A stretch of DNA of 54,945 nt. Source: Spartobacteria bacterium. GTDB taxonomy: Bacteria > Verrucomicrobiota > Verrucomicrobiia > Chthoniobacterales > UBA6821. The notes below the pieces were generated by a model that did no database searches, was not told the DNA's origin, and was given only the letters and a program-made list of their open reading frames with translations. The translations under genes were made by a program, and so were the position numbers. This document shows, piece after piece, positions 47,533 to 54,945 of the stretch. The stretch lies in assembly GCA_947482345.1 (NCBI GenBank), contig CANKJN010000006.1:1-54945 (forward strand), written 5' to 3'. Numbering within the stretch: position 1 is the stretch's first letter; every line of letters starts with the position of its first letter.

Positions 47533-47829
47533 ATGAAAACGTATCTACTCCTCGGATTCCTCGCGGTTGCCTCGTTGCATGCCGGTGATCGCACCACGGC
47601 GGTTGCCGTCCAGCAGGCGCTGAGCACACCGCGCGACGGGGTCTCCCGTCAGCAGGTGGTCAATAACTTCAACTCCGGCGGCTTCGCCACGGTGAACACC
47701 GACGGCAACGGCAATGCAACCATCTTCACCGCCCGTGAAGTGATCTTTGTTCAGCCCTCGCCGTTTCGCGGAGTGAGCTTCTTCTCCACCGCACCGGATA
47801 GGCCCGCGTGCCCCGTTGAGTGTCCGTGA
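47533..47829 (+). CDS. Small secreted hypothetical protein
   Basis: Signal peptide MKTYLLLGFLAVASLHA; host-like codon usage. Confidence 0.6.
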   Translation: MKTYLLLGFLAVASLHAGDRTTAVAVQQALSTPRDGVSRQQVVNNFNSGGFATVNTDGNGNATIFTAREVIFVQPSPFRGVSFFSTAPDRPACPVECP

Positions 47830-47981
47830 GGGGCGAAGAAGGTTTTTAGACTGAAGGCTGAACCAAGCTTCTGGGAAGGAGCGCGGTAGATCCCGCGCAT
47901 GCGGGACCCAAAGGGCGACACGGCTTCCCGGGAGGAAAGTGGCGTCAATGCTGTTAGGAACTGCAGGGGACATAATTCACC

Positions 47982-48512
47982 ATGAAGAGCATGAAGTTAA
48001 TGGCGGAGAGATTGGGGAGGCCAGTTGTGTGGGTTGCCGGTGTGCAGAAGCGGTTTGGTCTGCCTGTGCTGGAGAGCTATCCCGAGGGATACGAATCCTT
48101 TTTGCGTAAGATCGTGCATCTTCGCGTGCTTGGCGTGAGTGAGGAGACGCTCCGGGAGTTCTGGGCCATCGAGCGGAAGCTGATCGATGTCCTCCATCTC
48201 GATCCCCAGAGTTCCCCGACCTGGATGGTCGATGCCTGTGCTTTTGAGTCCGATCCGGATCGCCGACTCCTGCTCTCCAACATCGATCTCGGCAGTCCTC
48301 TTCTTGCAACAGATCTCCAGATCGGCTTGAATTTCGCGGCCACCTCCACCGAACTCTTCGCCGTGAAAGAGATGGGCGAAGACGCCCTACGGTTGATCAG
48401 CGACTACCGCACCCGCCTCCCGGCGATCCGTTCATCCGTGGCCTCGGAATCACGCATCCTCCGCGCCGCCCTCAAGTGGGGAAAGGGATTGATCGTTTCT
48501 ACTGGCATGTAG
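47982..48512 (+). CDS. Hypothetical protein, possible MerR-like winged helix N-terminus
   Basis: YESFLRKIVHLRVLGVSEETLRE resembles the MerR LR.I..LR.LG.S pattern. Confidence 0.6.
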   Translation: MKSMKLMAERLGRPVVWVAGVQKRFGLPVLESYPEGYESFLRKIVHLRVLGVSEETLREFWAIERKLIDVLHLDPQSSPTWMVDACAFESDPDRRLLLSNIDLGSPLLATDLQIGLNFAATSTELFAVKEMGEDALRLISDYRTRLPAIRSSVASESRILRAALKWGKGLIVSTGM

Positions 48513-48601
48513 AAATATTTTTCAACGAGGGAAAATACTTACTGAACAAGTCCACGCCTGATGGCGTGGACATCACCGCATTCAAACTTCCCTAGGGGCT
48601 G

Positions 48602-48696
48602 AGGGATTTTGGATGGATAGCTAGGCGGACAAGCGCCGCTGTAGGTGACCTACTGCAAGCGCAGGCCAACGACGCTATCCGCCAAAAGCACCAGCC
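48602..48696. repeat. 95-bp structured dispersed repeat, copy 2
   Basis: Gap-free alignment to 31994-32088. Confidence 0.85.
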
Positions 48697-48704
48697 AGCA
48701 CCGC

Positions 48705-48824
48705 TTAAGCGGTGCGGCCGCAGCAGGACTTAAATTTCTTGCCAGAGCCACAGGGGCAGGGGTCGTTGCGGGCGGCGGTTTTCTGAACACGCTGGACAGG
48801 CTTCTGCTGCATCGCCTGTTCAAA
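48705..48824 (-). pseudogene. Displaced duplicate of the last 40 codons of secA (SEC-C motif)
   Basis: [39 protein letters not shown]; 105/120 nt identical to 49978-50097. Confidence 0.95.
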
Positions 48825-48907
48825 GACGGATTGGGGCACTATGGGTCGCTCTTATGCGCTCTCTTTTCAGGACTTGAGATCTTTGGGGCCTGCTTTAAGT
48901 TGGGTTC

Positions 48908-49156
48908 ATGAAGCTAGAGCTGGATGTTCCCGAAACGGCCTTTTCCGCCCTACGCCAGGGGCCGGAGGGTGCGGCTTCCTGCCTTCTCGTCATGGCTGCG
49001 GCGAAGCTCTATGAAATCGGGCAGTTGAGTCAGGAGAGGGCTGCCGAATTGGCTGGCCAGTCCCGGCAGGATTTTCTCGTGACCCTTTCCCGTCTCGGTG
49101 TCACCCCATTCCAAGGGATAGAGACTGACCTCGCCGCCGTCGGCCTCGGTGCATGA
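48908..49156 (+). CDS. UPF0175-family antitoxin
   Basis: AAKLYEIGQLSQERAAELAGQSRQDFL. Confidence 0.88.
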   Translation: MKLELDVPETAFSALRQGPEGAASCLLVMAAAKLYEIGQLSQERAAELAGQSRQDFLVTLSRLGVTPFQGIETDLAAVGLGA

Positions 49157-49638
49157 CGCTGGTCTTCAACGCCTCGCCCCTCATTGTTCTGGCGAAGTCC
49201 GGTCTCCTCGACCGGATCCTGCAGCTGGGGGACACTGTTATCATTCCGCGTCCCGTTGCCGATGAGATCGCCTCTGTGAGGGATCCACAAGACCCTGCAG
49301 CTGCATGGCTTCGACAGCCAAGCGCTCAACGGCTGCTCACCGATTCTCAGGAATGCTCGCCTTTCGTTGGTGCATGGGATCTGGGTGCCGGCGAATCTTC
49401 CGTCATCATGCTTGCTCTCGAGGGTGATGGCCGACAGGCTGTCCTTGATGATCTAGCGGCGAGGCGCTGCGCCTCAGCACTCGGGATAAAGGTGATCGGA
49501 ACCATCGGGCTCCTCCTGTTGGCCAAGCAACGAGGTCTCATTCCAGCGATCCGACCGGCTCTCCAATCGGTAGAGGACGCAGGACTTTTCCTTTCCCGTG
49601 CGCAGCGGGAGTTGATCCTCACTCGGGCAGGGGAATAG
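49153..49638 (+). CDS. DUF3368 PIN-domain protein
   Basis: VFNASPLIVL, LGAGESSVI, LDDLAARR, GTIGLLLLAKQRGLI; ATGA overlap. Confidence 0.9.
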   Translation: MTLVFNASPLIVLAKSGLLDRILQLGDTVIIPRPVADEIASVRDPQDPAAAWLRQPSAQRLLTDSQECSPFVGAWDLGAGESSVIMLALEGDGRQAVLDDLAARRCASALGIKVIGTIGLLLLAKQRGLIPAIRPALQSVEDAGLFLSRAQRELILTRAGE

Positions 49639-49650
49639 CCGGGCCTTCTC

Positions 49651-49851
49651 TCAACCCTCCGCGAGGGCAAACTGCATTTCCCTGGTACGGTCGACGACAT
49701 GGGAGGCGTCGAGAACCTCAAAGCGCACAACGCCACCGTCCTCCGCGAAGTCGGCGATGACTCCAGGGCGGATCTCGTCACTCTCACGGATCTTCGCATC
49801 ACGGAGCGAGATCGTCAGGATGTCAGTCGTCTGGTTGTAAGTGATTTTCAT
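49651..49851 (-). CDS. DUF2283-family protein
   Basis: MKITYNQTTDILTISL...ESDEIRPGVIADF...FEVLDAS. Confidence 0.85.
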   Translation of the reverse strand: MKITYNQTTDILTISLRDAKIRESDEIRPGVIADFAEDGGVVRFEVLDASHVVDRTREMQFALAEG

Positions 49852-49977
49852 TCTTTTCCTGAGTTGACGGCACTTTGCTCCCGGCGAGCGGTGCCGCCCT
49901 ACGGGTCCCGCATGCGAGGGATCTTACGCGCCGGGTTCCACCAGCTTGTTTCTTAAGTTCCTGATTAATCCTTTGGA

Positions 49978-52971
49978 TCAAGCAGTCCGCCCACAGCAGG
50001 ATTTGAATTTTTTCCCACTACCGCAGGGGCAGGGGTCGTTGCGGCCGGCGGTTTTCTGAACACGCTGGACGGGCTTCTGCTGCATCGCCTGTTCAAATCC
50101 CTGATCCGCCTCCGCAAGTCCTGCGGGAGGGAAGGATGCGGGGCTGGGCCGGCCGCCTTCCTGATTCGGCTCGAGCAGATCCCTCTGCATGAGGTGGCGC
50201 GGCATGGAGGCGAGGAGTTGCTCGAAGGCCTGGAGGTTGGTGGTGGAGCGGAAGAGGTTGTTCAGGACCTCGTTCTTGATGCTCTCCATGAGCTCGACGA
50301 ACATGGCGTAGGCCTCGGTCTTGTACTCGGTAAGCGGATCCTTCTGGCCGTAGGCGCGGAGGTAGACGGCCTCGCGGAGTCCGTCCATGGCGTAGAGGTG
50401 TTCCTGCCAGAGGCGGTCGACGGCGTTCAGGATGACATACTTCTCGAGGCCCGAGCGGGCGGCCTCGTCCTCGATGGCGGCCTTGCGGTCGTAGGCTTCG
50501 ACGAGGGTCTTCGCCAGCCACTCTCCGTTCGCCGCGATCTCGCGGGTCTCGAAGGCGCATTTCTCCCTGGTGAGTCCGACGGGGAAGGTGGAGTTCACCC
50601 ACTGGAGGAGTCCGGCGACGTCGGGCTCGGCTCCGCTCTCCTCGACGGTGAGGAAGGCCTCGACTTTCTTCGGCACGACTTCGTTGATCACCTCGTGGAT
50701 GAGGATGCGGGGGTTGCCGGAATCCATGACCTCGTTGCGGTAGCCATAGATGACTTCGCGCTGTTGGTTCATGACGTCGTCGAACTCGAGGGTCCTGCGG
50801 CGCATGAGGTAGTTCCTCTGCTCGACGCGCTTCTGGGCGGTCTCAACGGAGCGGTTCAACCACGGGTGCTCGAGCTCCTCGCCCTCCTTCATGCCGAAGG
50901 TCTCCATGATCTTGGTCATGCGGTCGGCGGCGCCGAAGTTCCTCATGAGGTCGTCCTCAAAGCTGATGTAGAAGCGGGAGCGGCCGGGGTCTCCCTGACG
51001 GGCGCAGCGACCGCGCAGCTGGCGGTCGATACGGCGCGACTCGTGGCGCTCGGTGCCGAGGACGAAGAGGCCGCCGAGGTCGGAGACGCCCTCGCCGAGT
51101 TTGATGTCGGTGCCGCGGCCGGCCATGTTCGTCGAGATGGTGACGGCTCCCCTCATGCCTGCGCGCGAGATGATCTCGGCCTCCTGCATGTGGAACTTGG
51201 CGTTCAGCACGGTGTGGGGAATGTGTTCCCGCTTGAGCATGCGGCTGAGCACCTCGGAGGCCTCGACGCTGGCGGTGCCGACGAGGATCGGCTGGCCGCG
51301 GCCGTGGGAGGCCTTGATCTCCTCGATGGCGGCGGCCATCTTCTCGCGGCGTGTCTTGTAGATGCGGTCGTTCTCGTCGAGGCGGGCGACGGGGCGGTTC
51401 GTCGGGATGACGGTGACGTCGAGTCCGTAGATGTCGTGGAACTCGTTGGCCTCGGTCTCGGCCGTGCCGGTCATGCCGCCGAGCTTCTCGTAGAGGCGGA
51501 AGTAGTTCTGGATGGTGATGGTGGCCATCGTCTGGGTCTCGCGATCGATCTGGACCCCTTCCTTGGCCTCGACGGCCTGGTGGAGTCCGTCGCTCCAGCG
51601 GCGCCCTGCCATCTTGCGGCCTGTGAAGGTATCGACGATGACGACCTTGTTCTCCTCGACGACATACTCGACGTCCTTCTCGTAGAGGCAGTAGGCCTTG
51701 AGCAGCTGGGCGATGTTGTGCATGCGCTCGGCGGAGTGGTCGCAGTGCTGCTGGCGGGCGGCCTTCTGCGCGGCCTTCTCGGAATCGGAGAGCGCGGCAT
51801 TGGTCTCGATGTCGGCGAACTCGGTGAGGAGGTCGGGGAGGACGAAGGCGTTCGGGTCGTCGGGGTTGAGGAAGCTCCGACCCATCTCGGTGAGGTCGGC
51901 CTCCTGCTGCTTCTCCTCGATGGTGAAGAAGAGCTCCTCCTTGAGGGCGACGAGGGCATCCTTGGAGGTGTCCTGGTAGAAGGAGAGCTCGGCCTTGTCG
52001 GTGAGGCGGCGGAGTTCGGGATCCTCCATGGCGCGGAGCAGTCCCTTGTTGCGGGGCTGGCCGAGCTTCACCTTGAAGAGGGCGAGTCCGGCGGCCTCCT
52101 TCTCCCCCTTGGCGAAGAGGTCGCGGGCGTCGGCGACGAGCTTATTGATGAGCGCGGTCTGCTTGCGGACGAGCTGTTCGACGAGCGGCTTGAAGCGGTC
52201 GTACTGGTGGGTGGAGACGGTGGCGGGGCCGCTGATGATGAGCGGGGTGCGGGCCTCATCGATGAGGATGGAGTCGACCTCGTCGACGATGGCGAAGTAG
52301 TGCCCGCGCTGGACCTGCTGGTCGCGGCTGGTGGCCATGCCGTTGTCGCGGAGGTAGTCGAAGCCAAACTCGCTATTGGTCCCGTAGGCGATGTCGCACT
52401 CGTACTGGGCGCGGCGCGACTCGGGGGACTGGTCATGCTGGATGATGCCGGTGGTCAGGCCGAGGAAGGCGTAGAGCTGTCCCATGCACTCGGCGTCGCG
52501 GCGGGCAAGGTAGTCGTTGACCGTGACGACATGGACGCCGCGTCCGGTGAGGGCGTTGAGATAGACGGGGAGCGTGGCGACGAGGGTCTTGCCCTCGCCG
52601 GTGGCCATCTCGGCGATGCGTCCCTTGTGAAGCACCATGCCGCCGACAAGCTGGACATCGAAGTGGACCATGTTCCAGGTGTACTCGTAGTCGCAGACCA
52701 TGAAGGTCTGGCCGACCATGCGGCGGGCGGCGCTCTTCACCACGGCGAAGGCCTCGGGGAGGATCTCGTTGAGCCTCTTCTGGAGAAGGTCGGGATCCTG
52801 GATCGCGGAGAGCTCGGCCTTCCAGGCGGCGGTCTTTTCCCTGAGGGCCTCGTCGGGGAGCGACTGGAGCGACTGCTCGATCGCGTTGATCTTGGCGACA
52901 AGGGGGAGCATCCGGCGCACCTCGCGCTGGTTCTTCGATCCGATGATTTTCTTGATGATCCAGTTGAACAT
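49978..52971 (-). CDS. secA: Protein translocase subunit SecA
   Basis: EMATGEGKT, DEVDSILIDEARTPLIISG, TNMAGRGTDI, RRIDRQLRGR, C-terminal [15 protein letters not shown]. Confidence 0.98.
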   Translation of the reverse strand: MFNWIIKKIIGSKNQREVRRMLPLVAKINAIEQSLQSLPDEALREKTAAWKAELSAIQDPDLLQKRLNEILPEAFAVVKSAARRMVGQTFMVCDYEYTWNMVHFDVQLVGGMVLHKGRIAEMATGEGKTLVATLPVYLNALTGRGVHVVTVNDYLARRDAECMGQLYAFLGLTTGIIQHDQSPESRRAQYECDIAYGTNSEFGFDYLRDNGMATSRDQQVQRGHYFAIVDEVDSILIDEARTPLIISGPATVSTHQYDRFKPLVEQLVRKQTALINKLVADARDLFAKGEKEAAGLALFKVKLGQPRNKGLLRAMEDPELRRLTDKAELSFYQDTSKDALVALKEELFFTIEEKQQEADLTEMGRSFLNPDDPNAFVLPDLLTEFADIETNAALSDSEKAAQKAARQQHCDHSAERMHNIAQLLKAYCLYEKDVEYVVEENKVVIVDTFTGRKMAGRRWSDGLHQAVEAKEGVQIDRETQTMATITIQNYFRLYEKLGGMTGTAETEANEFHDIYGLDVTVIPTNRPVARLDENDRIYKTRREKMAAAIEEIKASHGRGQPILVGTASVEASEVLSRMLKREHIPHTVLNAKFHMQEAEIISRAGMRGAVTISTNMAGRGTDIKLGEGVSDLGGLFVLGTERHESRRIDRQLRGRCARQGDPGRSRFYISFEDDLMRNFGAADRMTKIMETFGMKEGEELEHPWLNRSVETAQKRVEQRNYLMRRRTLEFDDVMNQQREVIYGYRNEVMDSGNPRILIHEVINEVVPKKVEAFLTVEESGAEPDVAGLLQWVNSTFPVGLTREKCAFETREIAANGEWLAKTLVEAYDRKAAIEDEAARSGLEKYVILNAVDRLWQEHLYAMDGLREAVYLRAYGQKDPLTEYKTEAYAMFVELMESIKNEVLNNLFRSTTNLQAFEQLLASMPRHLMQRDLLEPNQEGGRPSPASFPPAGLAEADQGFEQAMQQKPVQRVQKTAGRNDPCPCGSGKKFKSCCGRTA

Positions 52972-53270
52972 GAAAAGGGCCGGTTTGCGGCGAATGGTCA
53001 ATCAACGGCGAACCGCGCTAAAAGTAAAGATCAGGCCGTTGATCGGGGGATAGGAAATCGGTGATGGGGCATGGGGTATGAATAAGCCAGGCCCTCCAAG
53101 CAGAGGGAACCAGGAGGAAGATACCTCGCGCTGATCGGAGAGAAAACATCGGAAAAAGCAGGTTTTTAAGAACCCTCTGCATCAAAGGATTTGTAGCCGG
53201 CACCCCCCACTTTTCACCACCTTGGTGAACACGCTTTCTCTGTTTCTTGGATTCTACTGCAAAATCTGGG

Positions 53271-53816
53271 CTACAACGATTTCGCGGACTGCGGAACCTT
53301 CACGATGCGTTTGGTATCGTAGCCATGTTTGGCCACGTCGCTGAGGATCTTTTGATAGTCACTTTCGGGCATTGATGGCTTCCGTGCCATGATCCAGATC
53401 AGGTCGCGTGAGGGGTGGCCGATGACGGTGGTACTGTAATCGGGAGCCAGATCGATCACTAGGTAGGGGGCCTGGAAGGGCCAGAGAAACTGGACTCCCC
53501 ATCGTGCATTGGACTGCTTGTCGACCACGGTTCCGACCGCATGCATCTCCTCCCGCTTCGCCGAGAGTTCCTTCTTGTGGAAGACATAGGTGATATCGAT
53601 CTTCCCGTCGGGTCGCATCCTGTAGATGTCCATCGTCCCGACGTTATCGCGTTCCACAAACCACGGAATCGTGCCGATCACATACCACGCCCCCATGAAT
53701 CGTGGCAGGTCGACATGGGCCACGGTTTTCATCGGCGGTTGCTTTGACCCGGTGATGGAGCAACCGGTGAGAAATGCGATTGCCATGAGAATCAAGGAGC
53801 GGGCGAGAATCATCAT
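53271..53816 (-). CDS. Bacterial lipocalin (Blc-like lipoprotein)
   Basis: Lipobox LTGC, VDLPRFMGAWY, WIMARKP. Confidence 0.92.
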   Translation of the reverse strand: MMILARSLILMAIAFLTGCSITGSKQPPMKTVAHVDLPRFMGAWYVIGTIPWFVERDNVGTMDIYRMRPDGKIDITYVFHKKELSAKREEMHAVGTVVDKQSNARWGVQFLWPFQAPYLVIDLAPDYSTTVIGHPSRDLIWIMARKPSMPESDYQKILSDVAKHGYDTKRIVKVPQSAKSL

Positions 53817-53861
53817 CCCTTGGAAATGAAGGAGTTTGCCTCGTTCGTCAAGGCAGGGCGG

Positions 53862-54080
53862 TCACTCACCGCGCAGGAGCGGATGCTTGGCGGCCCTTGC
53901 TCCGGCGGCGATTTGAACCCGGGAAGATTTTTCACGCGCCTTGATGGCGGTTGACTCATGATGATGCTTGTCAAGTCCGTCGGCCGTCAGGCCTCGCTCC
54001 TTGCGGGAGGTGTGGAGACGGCTTTTCATGGCGGATTCGCTTTTGATCCGGGTGTTGGATTTGTGGGATGTGGTGCTCAT
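53862..54080 (-). CDS. Small basic hypothetical protein
   Basis: 72-aa ORF with ATG in an otherwise empty interval; no family recognised. Confidence 0.45.
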   Translation of the reverse strand: MSTTSHKSNTRIKSESAMKSRLHTSRKERGLTADGLDKHHHESTAIKAREKSSRVQIAAGARAAKHPLLRGE

Positions 54081-54296
54081 GGGACATCTGTACCATCGGC
54101 CCCTCGGGCCGCCCCTTCAACAAGGGGAAACTAATCAAAGGGCTTATCCCGTGGCGTGAGGATCAACTTCTCTCACTCGCTTGAAGAACATCGAGCGGAG
54201 GGAACCTCGATGAAGCCCGATCGGAGATTGGCCCGAAGGGGGTGCCTGTTTGACCCTCCATTTCCCTAACAGCCTTCAGCCTTCAGCCTAGCTGGA

Positions 54297-54521
54297 TCAT
54301 TCTTCATCCGCATCAATGAAGAGGGCATGTTCCCCTCCCCATTCGGCAATCGTTGCGGACCAGCGGGCCTCGTCGTGATAGTTGCTGAGCAGGAATTCCG
54401 GCTCATGGCGTTCCTCGATCTCTCCGGAAATCGGCCCGGGAGGAGAGGTGATGGCGGTGCTGCATGCGTGGCCGGGTTGGAGTGCGAAGAGCCAATCCCG
54501 TTCGGTTGTCTTGTTGTTCAT
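54297..54521 (-). CDS. Small hypothetical protein
   Basis: 74-aa ORF with ATG; no family recognised. Confidence 0.4.
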   Translation of the reverse strand: MNNKTTERDWLFALQPGHACSTAITSPPGPISGEIEERHEPEFLLSNYHDEARWSATIAEWGGEHALFIDADEE

Positions 54522-54792
54522 GGGGGAGGGAAGTTTGTGACTTCATCATGTTGGACTGCGGAACCCTCTCCGGCACTGAATGAAAAAGTCCTCCTCGATG
54601 TTTTGAGTGGGTGGGCATGAGATTTCTCCCGTGGCCGTATAACGCAGGCCGATTGGCCGAGGCAGGGCAAGTAATCGCCGAAACGCAGAGAAAGCAATAG
54701 GCACAGGGATGAAGGGGATTGTAAGTATGGCATGGCAGAAGTAGCTGCTGGGCAGAACTTCGGTGCGTTGCAGAGCCCCTGCCTTCTGGACC

Positions 54793-54945
54793 AGGACCTG
54801 TTAAGATAAAGGAGCGCATCGAAGATGAAGGCGATGTGGATGAAGGCGGTGAACATCACGTCGAGTTTTTCAAAGCGTGAGAAGATGCGGCGGAAGGCCT
54901 TGAGTCGACGGAACAGTCGCTCAACCTCATTACGCTTCTTGTAAA
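54793..54945 (-). mobile_element. IS5-family element, right end and transposase C-terminus (runs off the window)
   Basis: YKKRNEVERLFRRLKAFRRIFSRFEKLDVMF contains the YxxRxxxE..F..LK signature; terminal aggacctgttaa at 54793-54804. Confidence 0.88.

Larger units (their letters stand above)
46594..47862. repeat. Three alternating arms of the TAGGCTGAAG/CTTCAGCCTA family (46594-46624, 47443-47479, 47839-47862)
   Basis: Arm 1 versus arm 2 inverted 24/31 without gaps; arm 2 versus arm 3 inverted 20/23. Confidence 0.75.

Noticed and set aside
48543-48595. Hairpin gtccacgcc-tgat-ggcgtggac and cttccctag as a further MITE
   Set aside because: Only a 9-bp match to the TIR and no second end; may be a simple stem-loop
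48705-50097. secA repeat as a DGR TR/VR pair
   Set aside because: Differences are synonymous T/C and G/C changes, not adenine-specific
50194-53064. 956-aa ORF on + strand (likewise 29878-31788, 21805-24828, 33323-34624, 10798-11937, 2037-3083)
   Set aside because: Antisense shadows of well-conserved high-GC genes; no recognisable motifs
54160-54260. Possible riboswitch or ncRNA upstream of the small ORF
   Set aside because: One hairpin (catcgag/ctcgatg) only; no known motif recognised

Overview
GC-rich bacterial chromosomal window, most consistent with Verrucomicrobiota (inference from a PEP-CTERM protein, an exosortase-associated CAAX protease and the general gene repertoire). 0.1-13.4 kb is an accessory defence region: Xis-like HTH plus truncated PIN toxin, a PEP-CTERM gene, a type I restriction-modification operon (hsdR-GxxExxY-hsdS-RloC-like ATPase-rhuM-four helix bundle-hsdM) and a HEPN/MNT pair. 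13.4-46 kb is mostly core genome (APC permease, ubiA-like, pyrE, parA, two amidase-3 paralogs, ymdB-like, TerB/FHA/ABCG-like transporter, rpsU, sigma54 regulator, xseB, dxs, feoA-feoB fusion, fur, TonB receptor, tonB, nadE, nfo, lipoproteins). 46.5-50 kb holds toxin-antitoxin pieces and MITEs next to secA, and an IS5-family fragment ends the window. The most unusual signal is a recurrent architecture in which small cargo genes are bracketed by inverted arms made of 7- or 9-nt periodic repeats. In the R-M operon these sit at the first codons of hsdM and hsdS, leave duplicated N-terminal stubs, and keep the operon chained by ATGA-overlapping mini-ORFs. Also notable: a synonymously diverged 120-bp duplicate of the secA 3' end enclosing a TA islet, a full and a collapsed copy of one MITE, a 95-bp repeat with compensatory base changes, and three candidate Fur boxes. 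All calls are from reading the sequence; no database search was run.
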